Source: an uncultured Bacilli bacterium (GTDB taxonomy: Bacteria > Bacillota_I > Bacilli_A > RF39 > UBA660). Taken from it: DNA of 61,018 nt. The position numbers and the translations under genes were made by a program. The stretch spans positions 1 to 61,018 of the forward strand of contig CALVQX010000036.1 in assembly GCA_944358405.1 (NCBI GenBank). Direction: 5' to 3'. The notes under the pieces are model-generated. The model did no database searches and was not told the origin of the DNA. It was given only the letters and a program-made list of their open reading frames with translations. Positions 45,342 to 54,774 of this stretch are shown one piece after another. Within the stretch, counting starts at the first letter, position 1, and every line of letters begins with the position of its first letter.

Positions 45342-45370
45342 TTGACTGTAGCAAAATACTTCTTTATAAT
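45342..45370 (+). promoter_or_regulatory. near-consensus promoter TTGACT, 17 nt, TATAAT
   Basis: TTGACT at 45342-45347 and TATAAT at 45365-45370, an exact 17-nt spacer. It lies about 55 nt upstream of the GH25 gene. Confidence 0.55.
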
Positions 45371-45424
45371 CAAAATATAAAAGAAAGGATATAGTATATA
45401 AAAGTATATTATAGAAGGTGATCT

Positions 45425-46618
45425 ATGAAAAAAAAGATCATGATAATAGGAATTATCATAGTAGTTTTACTCCTATGTTATACTTGCTACCACTGGATTC
45501 GTATCGCAACAGCTAAGGTAGAAGTAGAATTAGTAGATAATTTAGAAGTCGAAGTATATGAGATATCATATGTAAAAGATTTTATCAAAAACATCAATGG
45601 CAAGTTAACAGCCAATGAAAAAATAGATACTACGAAAGTAGGGGTAAAAAAAGTAAAATTTACTTATATTAATGACGATGGGATTAAATTAAATTATGAA
45701 TATTCTATAAAAGTAGTTGATAAAACTCCACCAGTAATTAATTTATCCAATTCATTAACCGTAACAACGGGTTATGATAGTGATCTAGAAAAAGAAATAT
45801 TCTGTGGGGATAATTATGACGATCAGCCTAAATGCCAAATCATAGGAGAGTATGATTTAAATACTCCAGGAAGTTACTCTTTAGTTTATCAGGCAGAAGA
45901 TAAGAGTAAAAATAAAACAGAACAAAATTTTACCCTATATGTAAAAGAACCAAGCAAATCATCCGGCGGTTCTAGCACAATAGAAACCATAGCATTTGCC
46001 GATGTAGTAAAAACATATAAAACAGATAATACCAAAATTGGTATTGATGTTTCCCATTGGCAAGGGGATATCGACTATGAAAAAGTAAAAGAAGCAGGAG
46101 TAGAGTTTGTTTTCATTAGAGTAGGAAGTCAAAGAGGAATAGATGGTGAATATTATCTAGATAGCAAATTTAAACAAAATATAGAAGGATTTAGCAAAGT
46201 AGGGATACCAGTAGGCATATACTTCTATTCTTATGCGAAGGATGAAAAAAGCGTACAAAAAGAAGCCCGTTGGATAGCAGAACAATTAGAAGATTATAAA
46301 ATCTCTTTACCAGTTGCTTTTGACTGGGAAAATTGGAGTATGTACCAAGAATTTCATCTGAGCTTTTATCATTTAACAGAGCTAGCTAATACCTTTGTGA
46401 CAGAAATTGAAAAATATGGCTATGAGGGAATGGTATATAGTAGTAAAAACTATTTAGAACAAGTATGGTATCAAATAAAAGCACCAATTTGGCTTGCACA
46501 TTATACAAATCAAACCAATTATCAGGGAAAGTATAAAGTATGGCAACTTTGTAGTAATGGAGAAGTCGATGGTATTACAGAAAACACAGTAGATATTAAT
46601 GTAATGTATGAAAAATAA
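45425..46618 (+). CDS. membrane-anchored GH25 muramidase with an Ig-like (DUF5011-type) domain
   Basis: N-terminal TM helix IMIIGIIIVVLLLCY. Ig-like segment PPVINLSNSLTVTTGYD...GSYSLVYQAEDKSKN. GH25 core IGIDVSHWQGDIDYEKVKEAGVEFVFIRVG...FDWE...WQLCSNGEVDGI. Confidence 0.9.
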   Translation: MKKKIMIIGIIIVVLLLCYTCYHWIRIATAKVEVELVDNLEVEVYEISYVKDFIKNINGKLTANEKIDTTKVGVKKVKFTYINDDGIKLNYEYSIKVVDKTPPVINLSNSLTVTTGYDSDLEKEIFCGDNYDDQPKCQIIGEYDLNTPGSYSLVYQAEDKSKNKTEQNFTLYVKEPSKSSGGSSTIETIAFADVVKTYKTDNTKIGIDVSHWQGDIDYEKVKEAGVEFVFIRVGSQRGIDGEYYLDSKFKQNIEGFSKVGIPVGIYFYSYAKDEKSVQKEARWIAEQLEDYKISLPVAFDWENWSMYQEFHLSFYHLTELANTFVTEIEKYGYEGMVYSSKNYLEQVWYQIKAPIWLAHYTNQTNYQGKYKVWQLCSNGEVDGITENTVDINVMYEK

Positions 46619-46711
46619 AGGAATGTTAATAGCGGTTGACAAATTTCCATGCCTGATTGATAGAAAGCAACCAAGAAAATTCGTATAATGGAAACAGAAA
46701 GAGGTGAAAGT

Positions 46712-47335
46712 ATGACATTAGGAGAAATGCTATTAGAGCTGAGAAAGAAACAGCATCTTTCCCAGGAAGAAGCAGCAGAGAAATTGAAAGTTACAAGGCA
46801 GACGATATCAAAATGGGAAACAAATCAAAGTACTCCAGATTTTGATAAAATTATTCCGATCTGCGAATTATATCAAATTAGTTCAGAAGAATTGTTAACA
46901 GGAGTAAAAAAAGAAGAGAAAGAAAAAAAGCCTTCCCAAAAGAACACAAAAAATGTAAAATTTTTAATTTTAGGCATCTTTTTATATTTCATGAGTGTAA
47001 TTTGTGTAATCTTAGGAGAAGAAACACTTAGACTAAACGATGGGATTGTAGTTTCAATATTTTTAGGTCTTTGTGCCATCGCAACTTGTTGCGTAATATA
47101 CTATGGCGTCAATTTACCAAAGAAAGAGGAATACACAAAAAAGCAAACGCCACAAGAAAAATTAAAGAATTCTGTAATTGATATAACAGCAATTGCATTT
47201 TGCGTTGTTTATTTAATTATTAGTTTTGCTACCATGGCATGGCATATTACTTGGATTCTATGGATCATATATGCGGCTGTTGAAGAAATTATTAAAACAG
47301 GATTTGAATTGAAAGGAGAACAACATGAAAAATAG
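46712..47335 (+). CDS. XRE-family HTH protein fused to a 3-4 TM membrane domain
   Basis: The ATG at 46712 follows AGAGGTGA. LGEMLLELRKKQHLSQEEAAEKLKVTRQTISKWETNQSTPD is the HTH region, followed by hydrophobic helices. Confidence 0.8.
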   Translation: MTLGEMLLELRKKQHLSQEEAAEKLKVTRQTISKWETNQSTPDFDKIIPICELYQISSEELLTGVKKEEKEKKPSQKNTKNVKFLILGIFLYFMSVICVILGEETLRLNDGIVVSIFLGLCAIATCCVIYYGVNLPKKEEYTKKQTPQEKLKNSVIDITAIAFCVVYLIISFATMAWHITWILWIIYAAVEEIIKTGFELKGEQHEK

Positions 47336-48173
47336 TAATAGAAATCTATTGATTGCCAAAATTGTTATTTTAACCGTGATTGCTCTTCTTTTGTTAGGAA
47401 TCATGATAATATTATTAAATAAAGAAAATTTATTTTCCACCTTTTTTCACTCAAAAAGCACGACGATTTATGAAAACAGTTTTGCTCAAACAGATATTAC
47501 TGAAATTAATATAGAAGGGATATCAAGCGATGTCAGTGTAGAAGAGAGTGCCACAGATAAAATAGAAGTTATTGCTATGGGGGAAGACAAAGAAGAAATT
47601 GATGTATCAGTGCTCCAAAATAGTCTCCAAATAAAAAAAGAAAGATATCAAAATCTTTGCTTTGGCTTTTGTACTAATATAGAGGATGATATTACAGTAA
47701 AAATTCCTCAAAACTATACAGGAAAAGTGACGATAAAAACATCTTCTGGAGACATCAAAATAGCATCTCTTTCCAAAATAAATATGAAGTTAAAAACAAC
47801 AAGTGGAGATATTGAAGTTCAAGAAGCAAACGATTTGCAAATAGAAACAACATCAGGCGAAGTAGATATTATACAAGCATCTGTAGCAAATGTAGAAACA
47901 ACATCAGGAGACATAGACCTTGGAAGTATCACTTCTAAAATAACCCTTGAAACAACTTCTGGAGATATTGACATCAAAAGTCTAGCATTAACAAAAAATT
48001 CAAGTATCAAAACAAGAAGTGGAGACGTAGACATAGAAAGAATGAGCGATGTTTATATAGAGACAAAAACAACATCAGGAGATGAGGAGATAAAAGCCCA
48101 AAATAATCGCTATGCAAATCAAGAACTAAGAATTGAAACAACAAGCGGAGATATTACAGTAGAGAATAACTAA
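47325..48173 (+). CDS. DUF4097-type beta-repeat (putative adhesin/LiaG-like) membrane-anchored protein
   Basis: It overlaps the upstream gene by 11 nt. An N-terminal TM helix is followed by about eight T(T/S)SGD(I/V)(D/E/K)(I/V) repeats. Confidence 0.8.
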   Translation: MKNSNRNLLIAKIVILTVIALLLLGIMIILLNKENLFSTFFHSKSTTIYENSFAQTDITEINIEGISSDVSVEESATDKIEVIAMGEDKEEIDVSVLQNSLQIKKERYQNLCFGFCTNIEDDITVKIPQNYTGKVTIKTSSGDIKIASLSKINMKLKTTSGDIEVQEANDLQIETTSGEVDIIQASVANVETTSGDIDLGSITSKITLETTSGDIDIKSLALTKNSSIKTRSGDVDIERMSDVYIETKTTSGDEEIKAQNNRYANQELRIETTSGDITVENN

Positions 48174-48176
48174 GTA

Positions 48177-48878
48177 TTACAAATACTTCCAAAAATGGAG
48201 AATATAATTCTCTTTTTTTGTCTCCTTAACAATCCCCATATATTTAAATTTTCCAAATTTTCGAATACTAAAAATATCCCCTTCTTTTAAAACATAAGAA
48301 GAATTTGTCAAAATATGATGATTCAATAAAATTTCTTTATTTTTAATCTTTTCTTTTACCATAACTCTACTAGTATGAACGATAGAAGCAACCACAGTAT
48401 CAATTCTTTGACTAGAAACAATAATCTCTAACGATTCATAAGAGCGCTGATAATGCTGCAATAGAGTAGAATCTACAAGTTGAAGTTCAACTGGAAAATT
48501 TCGAACTTTTAAAAAGTTACTTTCAAAATAATTTTGAAATAAGGGAAGAATATAAACATAGTAATGCCCTTGATAAAAAACGATATCACCAAACATAGAA
48601 CTGGCGATGTTTAAGGAAAATAGACTTCCTAAAATATCTTGATGACGAACGTCACCTTTAACTTTGATTTGATATAATAAAATATCAGGTAAAACATCAA
48701 CATAAAAAATAGCCTTTTCACTATCTGGATAAGGAAGAAAGATTTGATATTCGCATTTTTTAAGTCTTCTTTTTAACAAATCCTGTTCTAAGGGATCCAA
48801 GAAAAAAGTGCTTTGATGATGTCGTAATCGATTGCAATTTTTTTCAATATAATACAAATTTTCTTTCATGAATTCCAT
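48177..48878 (-). CDS. ylmH: YlmH-like S4-domain RNA-binding protein
   Basis: FLDPLEQDLL...FGDIVF...VSSQRIDTVVASI...LKEGDIFSIRKFGKF parallels B. subtilis YlmH motifs. The start is either ATG 48878 or ATG 48869. Confidence 0.7.
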   Translation of the reverse strand: MEFMKENLYYIEKNCNRLRHHQSTFFLDPLEQDLLKRRLKKCEYQIFLPYPDSEKAIFYVDVLPDILLYQIKVKGDVRHQDILGSLFSLNIASSMFGDIVFYQGHYYVYILPLFQNYFESNFLKVRNFPVELQLVDSTLLQHYQRSYESLEIIVSSQRIDTVVASIVHTSRVMVKEKIKNKEILLNHHILTNSSYVLKEGDIFSIRKFGKFKYMGIVKETKKENYILHFWKYL

Positions 48879-48965
48879 TATACTATAAGAATGAATATTT
48901 TCAAGTCTTAAAAATACATAAGAAAAAAGACAAGCTTAGACCTGCCTTTTCATAATAAAAGTAAA

Positions 48966-49400
48966 TTATAAAAATTCTTTTAACTTTTCAATACAATCCT
49001 CTTGCATATTAACATATTTTTTTACTAAACTTTCTACTTTCTTATCTACATTTTTATGATTTAAAAGCTTTCTTCCCTCAATAATTCCCATATTTGTTCC
49101 CTGAGCCAAAAGTTCTGCCAATTTAGAGGTACTTTTATCATTAATGGTATTCATTTGTACACCATACCACGTCATCGCTTTATTCATAGTAGTAGTTTCA
49201 TGAGGTTCTTTTTCACTATAATTTTCATATAAATCTTCAATTTTTTCAGCAATATCTTCATAACTTTCTTTTTGTTTTTCTAGCAATTCTTTAAATTCTT
49301 TTTCCTCTACTTTATTAAGTACAAATGAAATAGCATCGATTCCCATACAACAACCCTTATGTAATTCATCTAATACATTAATATTATTTTCTTCTTTCAT
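48966..49400 (-). CDS. small all-helical cytoplasmic protein of unknown function
   Basis: The ATG at 49400 follows ATAGGAGGAA. 144 aa, rich in charged helices, with no motif I can assign. Confidence 0.7.
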   Translation of the reverse strand: MKEENNINVLDELHKGCCMGIDAISFVLNKVEEKEFKELLEKQKESYEDIAEKIEDLYENYSEKEPHETTTMNKAMTWYGVQMNTINDKSTSKLAELLAQGTNMGIIEGRKLLNHKNVDKKVESLVKKYVNMQEDCIEKLKEFL

Positions 49401-49448
49401 ATTAATTCCTCCTATAAATAGAATTACCAAAAAAAGAAAAAATATACG

Positions 49449-49472
49449 AAAAAAACTGCCATACAGCAGTTT
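49449..49472 (-). terminator. terminator of the surface-protein gene
   Basis: On the minus strand, AAACTGC-TGTATG-GCAGTTT is followed by TTTTT. It overlaps the stop codon. Confidence 0.55.
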
Positions 49473-51018
49473 ATTTTACTTTTATTTTTTTGTCTTTCCA
49501 AAGAAGAAATCCAACTATTCCAAGACCACCTAACAAACATGCGCCACCAAGGAAATATAAAGTTCTAGCCACAAAACTACTGGTATTAGGAATATCTTCA
49601 ATCACTGGATGATTGGTCATAGTAACTACTTGCATACTTTGATCTTCTATACTAAAATCAATACATTCTGTTTCTAATGCATATCCCTCGGGAGCGATCG
49701 TTTCACATAATTCGTAATCTCCATCTTCTAAATAAAGATAATGTGGAGTATGAGTGGATACCCAAGTCCATGTTTTTGAAGAATCATTTTTGTTAGTAAC
49801 TACCAAAGTAGCACCAGGCAACTCTTCGGAATTAGTAGCACTAAGTTTACTAAATTTAGCAAAATTAATCAAATTAAATGAAGTAGAGACTGTATGAACA
49901 GGAACATACCCAAATAAAACATTAGCAAAAACTTGAGTCTTATCTGTATTAATAAGTTCTCCTTCAGAAGAAGTAACCCTATAATTTCTACCATCGAAAG
50001 AAACAAAATAACCAGTAATTGTAATTTGAATAGAACTCAAATCCATAGAACTAAGATCCTCTTGAAATGGTACATAAACTTTAAAAGATCCAGATCTTGC
50101 TACAGAAGAAGTTATTTTTTGATCATTTTCATCAAGTAAATAAGCACCATAATTATTAGGATCATTTAATTCAACCGTATAATACATATAATTATCAACA
50201 TTTGATAAAGCACCAGGAGTAATTGCAGTAGTAACTAAACTCTGACCATCAGAAGCAATAACGTAAGAAAGATTAGCAGAAGAAATATCCATCATCTGAC
50301 TAGTTTCTTCTTGATAACTTTTAGCATTATCAACTAACATAAGAATATAATTCAAATATTGATATCCATTAGTAGCAGCTTGTTGGATCATTGTACGAAT
50401 ATCTTCAGCACTAATTAAAGAGCTAGTCGTAGCATAAAAATCACAAGCACTATAACCCGTATCAGTAGCAATACAATAATTTGTAGAAAATTGATCTTTA
50501 TTTTCATATAAATATAGCCATAGTGCAATTTGCGTAATATACTGCTTGATAGAATTATCAGTAACCGCCCCATATTGATTAGTAGCAAAAACAGTATTAA
50601 TAGAATTAGTAGAATTATAACCATGACTTAAAATATATAAAATCCCTTTATCATCAACATTAGATGGATTATCATCAATGATGGCAAATTCTTCTGAAGT
50701 AGTTGGAATCTTAAGATTCTTCATTAAACTATATAATGGATTTGAATTATCACTAGTAGCAAAGTTTCTCACTACATCAAAATTATGAAAGTAATTTTGA
50801 TAACTAGTCTGAGAATTTAGTGCATCTTGAACCAGATTCATAGTGGAAGAAGTATCAAGAGAAACATTAGAAGTAAAACTTTGACTTGGAAAAGCTCTAG
50901 TGCTAGCATTACTTTCCACAATAGCATAACTATTCTGAGATGCGTACAAAAAAATTCCTAATAAAAATGTACAACATACAACCCCCATAATAACATAATT
51001 TCTAATACCACGTATCAT
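49471..51018 (-). CDS. cell-surface protein with a signal peptide, a TQxA-motif region, a Cna-B/SpaA-like prealbumin-fold domain and a sortase-type C-terminal anchor
   Basis: RBS AAGGGAG. Signal peptide ...LLGIFLYASQNSYA. YILSHGY...YITQIALWLY is present. The SpaA-like segment is LPGATLVVTN...YLEDGDYELCETIAPEGYAL. The tail has IPNTSS, a hydrophobic helix and KDKKIKVK. Confidence 0.8.
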   Translation of the reverse strand: MIRGIRNYVIMGVVCCTFLLGIFLYASQNSYAIVESNASTRAFPSQSFTSNVSLDTSSTMNLVQDALNSQTSYQNYFHNFDVVRNFATSDNSNPLYSLMKNLKIPTTSEEFAIIDDNPSNVDDKGILYILSHGYNSTNSINTVFATNQYGAVTDNSIKQYITQIALWLYLYENKDQFSTNYCIATDTGYSACDFYATTSSLISAEDIRTMIQQAATNGYQYLNYILMLVDNAKSYQEETSQMMDISSANLSYVIASDGQSLVTTAITPGALSNVDNYMYYTVELNDPNNYGAYLLDENDQKITSSVARSGSFKVYVPFQEDLSSMDLSSIQITITGYFVSFDGRNYRVTSSEGELINTDKTQVFANVLFGYVPVHTVSTSFNLINFAKFSKLSATNSEELPGATLVVTNKNDSSKTWTWVSTHTPHYLYLEDGDYELCETIAPEGYALETECIDFSIEDQSMQVVTMTNHPVIEDIPNTSSFVARTLYFLGGACLLGGLGIVGFLLWKDKKIKVK

Positions 51019-51135
51019 AACAATCTTATCTCCCTTATCTTATACTAAAGTTAGTATACTACAAATTATAAAATAAAAAAATATTTTTATATATTAATTT
51101 TCTCTGTATAATAGAAAAAGAAGGATTTGAATAAA

Positions 51136-52176
51136 ATGAAAAATTACGTAGAAGCAATTGAACTTTGGTATCAACAAAATAAAAGAGAACTACCATGGAG
51201 AAAAGATAAAGATCCATATCATGTCTGGATTTCAGAGATTATGCTACAACAGACAAGAATTGAAGCGGTGATAAATTATTATCAAAGATTTATGAAAGAA
51301 ATTCCTGATATCTCCTCTCTAGCAACAGTAAAGGAAGATAAACTATTAAAACTATGGGAGGGACTAGGTTATTACAATAGAGCCAAAAATTTAAAAAAAG
51401 CAGCCATACAAATAGAAGAAGAATATCAGGGGAATTTTCCATCCACCTATGAAGAAATGCTAAGACTACCAGGGATAGGAATCTATACTGCCAGTGCTAT
51501 TTCTTCGATCTGTTTTAATGAAAAGCAAGCAACGATCGATGGAAATGTATTACGAGTATATACTAGATTTTATGCCGATAAAAGAAATATTGACTTGGAC
51601 AAAACAAAAAAAGACATCCGAAAAAAAATCATAGAAATCCTTCCCGAGGATGCAGGAGAATTCAACGAAGCGATGATGGAAATTGGAGAGACTGTTTGCT
51701 TACCTAACGGTCTGCCACGATGCAAGAATTGTCCTCTACAAGAAAAATGTCAAGCAAACAGAGAAAAAAGCTATTTTCAATTTCCTGTAAAAAGTCCTAA
51801 AAGAACCAAAAAAGAAGTAAAATATACAGTATTATTATTGAAATATGATTCAAAAATTTATATTCAACAAAGAAAGAGTAGTGGACTTTTAGAAAACATG
51901 TGGGAATTTCCAAATATTGAAGGAAACCTATCTAAAGATAAAATAAAGAAATATTTACAAAATGAAAAAATTCCCTATACTTCAATTCAAAAATTTATAT
52001 CCAATACCCATATTTTTACTCATCAAAAATGGAATATGACTTCTTACTTAATTGAGAGCAAAAAAGCCCAAAAAGAAGGAAAAGAACTTTCTGAAATTAA
52101 AAAGGAGTATGCTATTCCTACGGCTTTCCAACCTTTTTTAAAAGCACTAGAACTACAAATTAAAAAAGAAAAATGA
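51136..52176 (+). CDS. mutY: A/G-specific adenine DNA glycosylase
   Basis: LPWRKDKDPYHVWISEIMLQQTRIEAV...LGYYNRAKNL...LPGIGIYTASAI...4Fe-4S Cys cluster CLPNGLPRCKNCPLQEKC. Confidence 0.9.
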   Translation: MKNYVEAIELWYQQNKRELPWRKDKDPYHVWISEIMLQQTRIEAVINYYQRFMKEIPDISSLATVKEDKLLKLWEGLGYYNRAKNLKKAAIQIEEEYQGNFPSTYEEMLRLPGIGIYTASAISSICFNEKQATIDGNVLRVYTRFYADKRNIDLDKTKKDIRKKIIEILPEDAGEFNEAMMEIGETVCLPNGLPRCKNCPLQEKCQANREKSYFQFPVKSPKRTKKEVKYTVLLLKYDSKIYIQQRKSSGLLENMWEFPNIEGNLSKDKIKKYLQNEKIPYTSIQKFISNTHIFTHQKWNMTSYLIESKKAQKEGKELSEIKKEYAIPTAFQPFLKALELQIKKEK

Positions 52177-52195
52177 AAATTATAGTTCATTTTTC
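52168..52195. terminator. bidirectional hairpin spanning both stop codons of the convergent mutY and M16 genes
   Basis: GAAAAATGAA at 52168-52177 and TTCATTTTTC at 52186-52195 form a perfect 10-bp inverted repeat. An A-run precedes it and a T-run follows it. Confidence 0.45.
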
Positions 52196-53442
52196 TTTTT
52201 TTCTACTGGATTTTGAATTGTTAAAACACTAAAATTTTTAAAATTGAGCGAACAAATCATCTTTTTAAATTTCTCATATTGAAAAGCTAAAACATCTTCT
52301 TTTGTATCAGGATAGAAATACTGAAATTCGGAAATATTATCCACAAAAGGTAAAATCATAGAACTTAAAGATTCTTCTCTTAAAATAATTTCTAAAAGAG
52401 TAGACTTTTTGTCTAAGTCAAAAACTACAGAATCGAAAGAATCTAAACGTAAAATCGTATCTTGTACTTTTTGTTCAAATAATCTACCTTGATCGGTATA
52501 TGCTCCAATCAAAATTACTAAAAAATCTCCCAACACAAAAGAACTAGCAGCAATACTTCCTGTGATAATTTTTTCTTGTACTAATTGTTGATATAGAGAA
52601 GAAGAAAAACGAAAATACATATCAAAGAAATATTGAATATAAAAATCAAGAGTTACCTTTTCTTTCGGTGAAAAAGAAGAAAGTGGTACTTTATAGGCAA
52701 GAAGCGTATAATCTTTTCCTGTAGGAAAAAAGAGCGTACTATGCTTTACTTTGACAGAAAGAGGTTCTGGTTTCTTTATCACCTGCACGGAAGAAGAAAA
52801 AGGAATCGTTTGATAAAACATTTTAATTTCTCGCAATACATGCTCTTTATCAAAATTTCCTCCTACAACAATAAATTGATTCTTTGGTTGATAAAAAGCT
52901 TGATAACATAATCGAACTTCTTCCAAAGAGATCTTCTGCACTTCTTCCACGGTCCCTAAAATACTTCGAAATTGATTTTTCTGAAACAAGGAGTCTAAAA
53001 TCTTCCTTCTAGCATGATAGAATTTTGAGTTTTCTTCTCCTCGAATTTCTTGATATATAGGACCTTTTATGCGTTCTAAATTTTCTTCTGAAAAAATAGG
53101 AGAGTAAATGCCCTTTAATAATGTTTGAATACCATATTCTAAATTTTCTACTGTTTCAAAATAAAAACGTGTCATATGATAATAAGTATAAGCATTGGTA
53201 GACATCTGAGCTTCTCCCAGTTCTTTTAAAAAGTTTCCACATGCATTGCATTCTACAAGGTAATGTTCCAGTAAATGTGCCAAACCATCGGGAAGGTGAT
53301 ATTCCTCAGAATCCAGCATAAAGTCCTTCGTTTCTGCTCCAAATAATGTAACAAATTGAAAAAATGTAGAATGACGTTTGGAATTTTGATAAAGATATAC
53401 TGTTAGCCCATTATCTAATACAAAAGACTCAAATGGATTCAT
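52180..53442 (-). CDS. M16-family zinc peptidase, catalytic subunit type (YmfH-like)
   Basis: The inverted zincin motif HLLEH (GLAHLLEHYL) is present. RBS GGAGGAGGG. It overlaps the upstream partner gene by 14 nt. Confidence 0.8.
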   Translation of the reverse strand: MNPFESFVLDNGLTVYLYQNSKRHSTFFQFVTLFGAETKDFMLDSEEYHLPDGLAHLLEHYLVECNACGNFLKELGEAQMSTNAYTYYHMTRFYFETVENLEYGIQTLLKGIYSPIFSEENLERIKGPIYQEIRGEENSKFYHARRKILDSLFQKNQFRSILGTVEEVQKISLEEVRLCYQAFYQPKNQFIVVGGNFDKEHVLREIKMFYQTIPFSSSVQVIKKPEPLSVKVKHSTLFFPTGKDYTLLAYKVPLSSFSPKEKVTLDFYIQYFFDMYFRFSSSLYQQLVQEKIITGSIAASSFVLGDFLVILIGAYTDQGRLFEQKVQDTILRLDSFDSVVFDLDKKSTLLEIILREESLSSMILPFVDNISEFQYFYPDTKEDVLAFQYEKFKKMICSLNFKNFSVLTIQNPVEKKKNEL

Positions 53443-54694
53443 GAGATCCCTCCTCCAAAAAATAAACTGTATCTAAATGTAGACGATCAATAAACTGTGC
53501 AATGTCCTGAGCATGAATCCCCATAATAATTTGATATTCTTCTTCTAAAGATTGTTTAATTTTTAAATTCTGAAAAATGAAGTCTTCAAAAATATGGGCC
53601 GGATGATCAAGCACACGAATCAATTGAATTCGCTCTCGTTCTTTAATATTCTTTAATAATGGCTCAATCAAATTCACATCTTTTAACTCTTGTATCACCT
53701 CTAGTATTTTTTCATAAATAATATCTTTATTATTGCGATCGATATAAGCAGTAATCATCAAAAGACCAAAACGAAAATAAGCTTGAACTCTACAAGAATA
53801 GATCATTTCTAATTCATCCCTTAATTTTTTAGCTAACAATCTAGAAGATAAAGAACTTAATAATTGCTGTATGAGATTTAAATATACGAAGTCACTCTCA
53901 GACATATCTTGAACTTTATAAGCAAGAGACAACGAAGAATCATGAAAGGAACTTTTTTCATGAATTGTTTGAACATTTGAATTCACAGGAGCAAGAAATT
54001 GATTGTAATCTAAATCAATAGAAACTTCTTTAGAAAAATATGGATAAAAATATTTTCCTAATATGGAAGAAATATATTTTTGAGAAATATCTCCCATAGC
54101 AAAAATAATAGGAGTTTGATGATAAATGCTATCAAGATAGTATTGATATAGATTACAAGGAGTAACTTTGTCTATTTGTTTGGAATGATTTAAAATACAA
54201 GCGGAAAAAAGTCCTTGGTCATCAACGAGTTCACAAAGCCGAAAGTGATTCCATTTTTTTTGATTATTTTTATCATTTTTAACTTGAACTCTTAAATTTT
54301 CTTTTTCTCGTTCCAATTCAAAGGAATCAAAACCTTGGTCTACAACTTTAGGATGATAAATAATTTGCTCTAACAAAGAAAACTGTTTTTCTAAAATATT
54401 TTCGCCCAAAGCTTCAGGAGTAGGAATAACGAAAGAAAAAGAAAAAAATCCCATTCTGCCAACACAAAAATAATCACAAGATAACTTTAAAATATATCTA
54501 CGTTGTACTTCCTTTTGAAATTCTTCTTCTGTAGGATATTGTTGACATAGATACATAAGCATACTAGGGAGCAATATTCTCTTAGCAATATCCTCTTCAC
54601 AAAAAGGTTGAGGAAATAAAATCTGAATTCGGATAGTTTGAAAATCTTGATTGGGTAAGAAATAAATTTTTTTAGGAAGCCTCCATGTTGTCAT
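53429..54694 (-). CDS. M16-family peptidase-like protein lacking HxxEH (non-catalytic partner, YmfF-like)
   Basis: 421 aa, similar in length and layout to the neighbouring M16 gene, but no HxxEH motif is found anywhere. RBS GAGGTGA. Confidence 0.7.
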   Translation of the reverse strand: MTTWRLPKKIYFLPNQDFQTIRIQILFPQPFCEEDIAKRILLPSMLMYLCQQYPTEEEFQKEVQRRYILKLSCDYFCVGRMGFFSFSFVIPTPEALGENILEKQFSLLEQIIYHPKVVDQGFDSFELEREKENLRVQVKNDKNNQKKWNHFRLCELVDDQGLFSACILNHSKQIDKVTPCNLYQYYLDSIYHQTPIIFAMGDISQKYISSILGKYFYPYFSKEVSIDLDYNQFLAPVNSNVQTIHEKSSFHDSSLSLAYKVQDMSESDFVYLNLIQQLLSSLSSRLLAKKLRDELEMIYSCRVQAYFRFGLLMITAYIDRNNKDIIYEKILEVIQELKDVNLIEPLLKNIKERERIQLIRVLDHPAHIFEDFIFQNLKIKQSLEEEYQIIMGIHAQDIAQFIDRLHLDTVYFLEEGSHESI

Positions 54695-54774
54695 AAATTC
54701 ACCTCAAAAAAATTATAGCATATCCTAAGTAGAATACCAAAAAAGAAAACACATATAATAAAGAAGGAGGGAAA

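Noticed and set aside
46636-46689. TTGACA at 46636 paired with TATAAT at 46684 upstream of the XRE gene
   Set aside because: The hexamers are separated by 42 nt. Each lacks a properly spaced partner with good consensus, so no promoter was called.
48172-48188. AAGTATT/AATACTT palindrome between the convergent DUF4097 and ylmH-like genes as a bidirectional terminator
   Set aside because: The stem is only 7 bp, is AT-rich with a 3-nt loop, and has no flanking U-runs. That is too weak to call.
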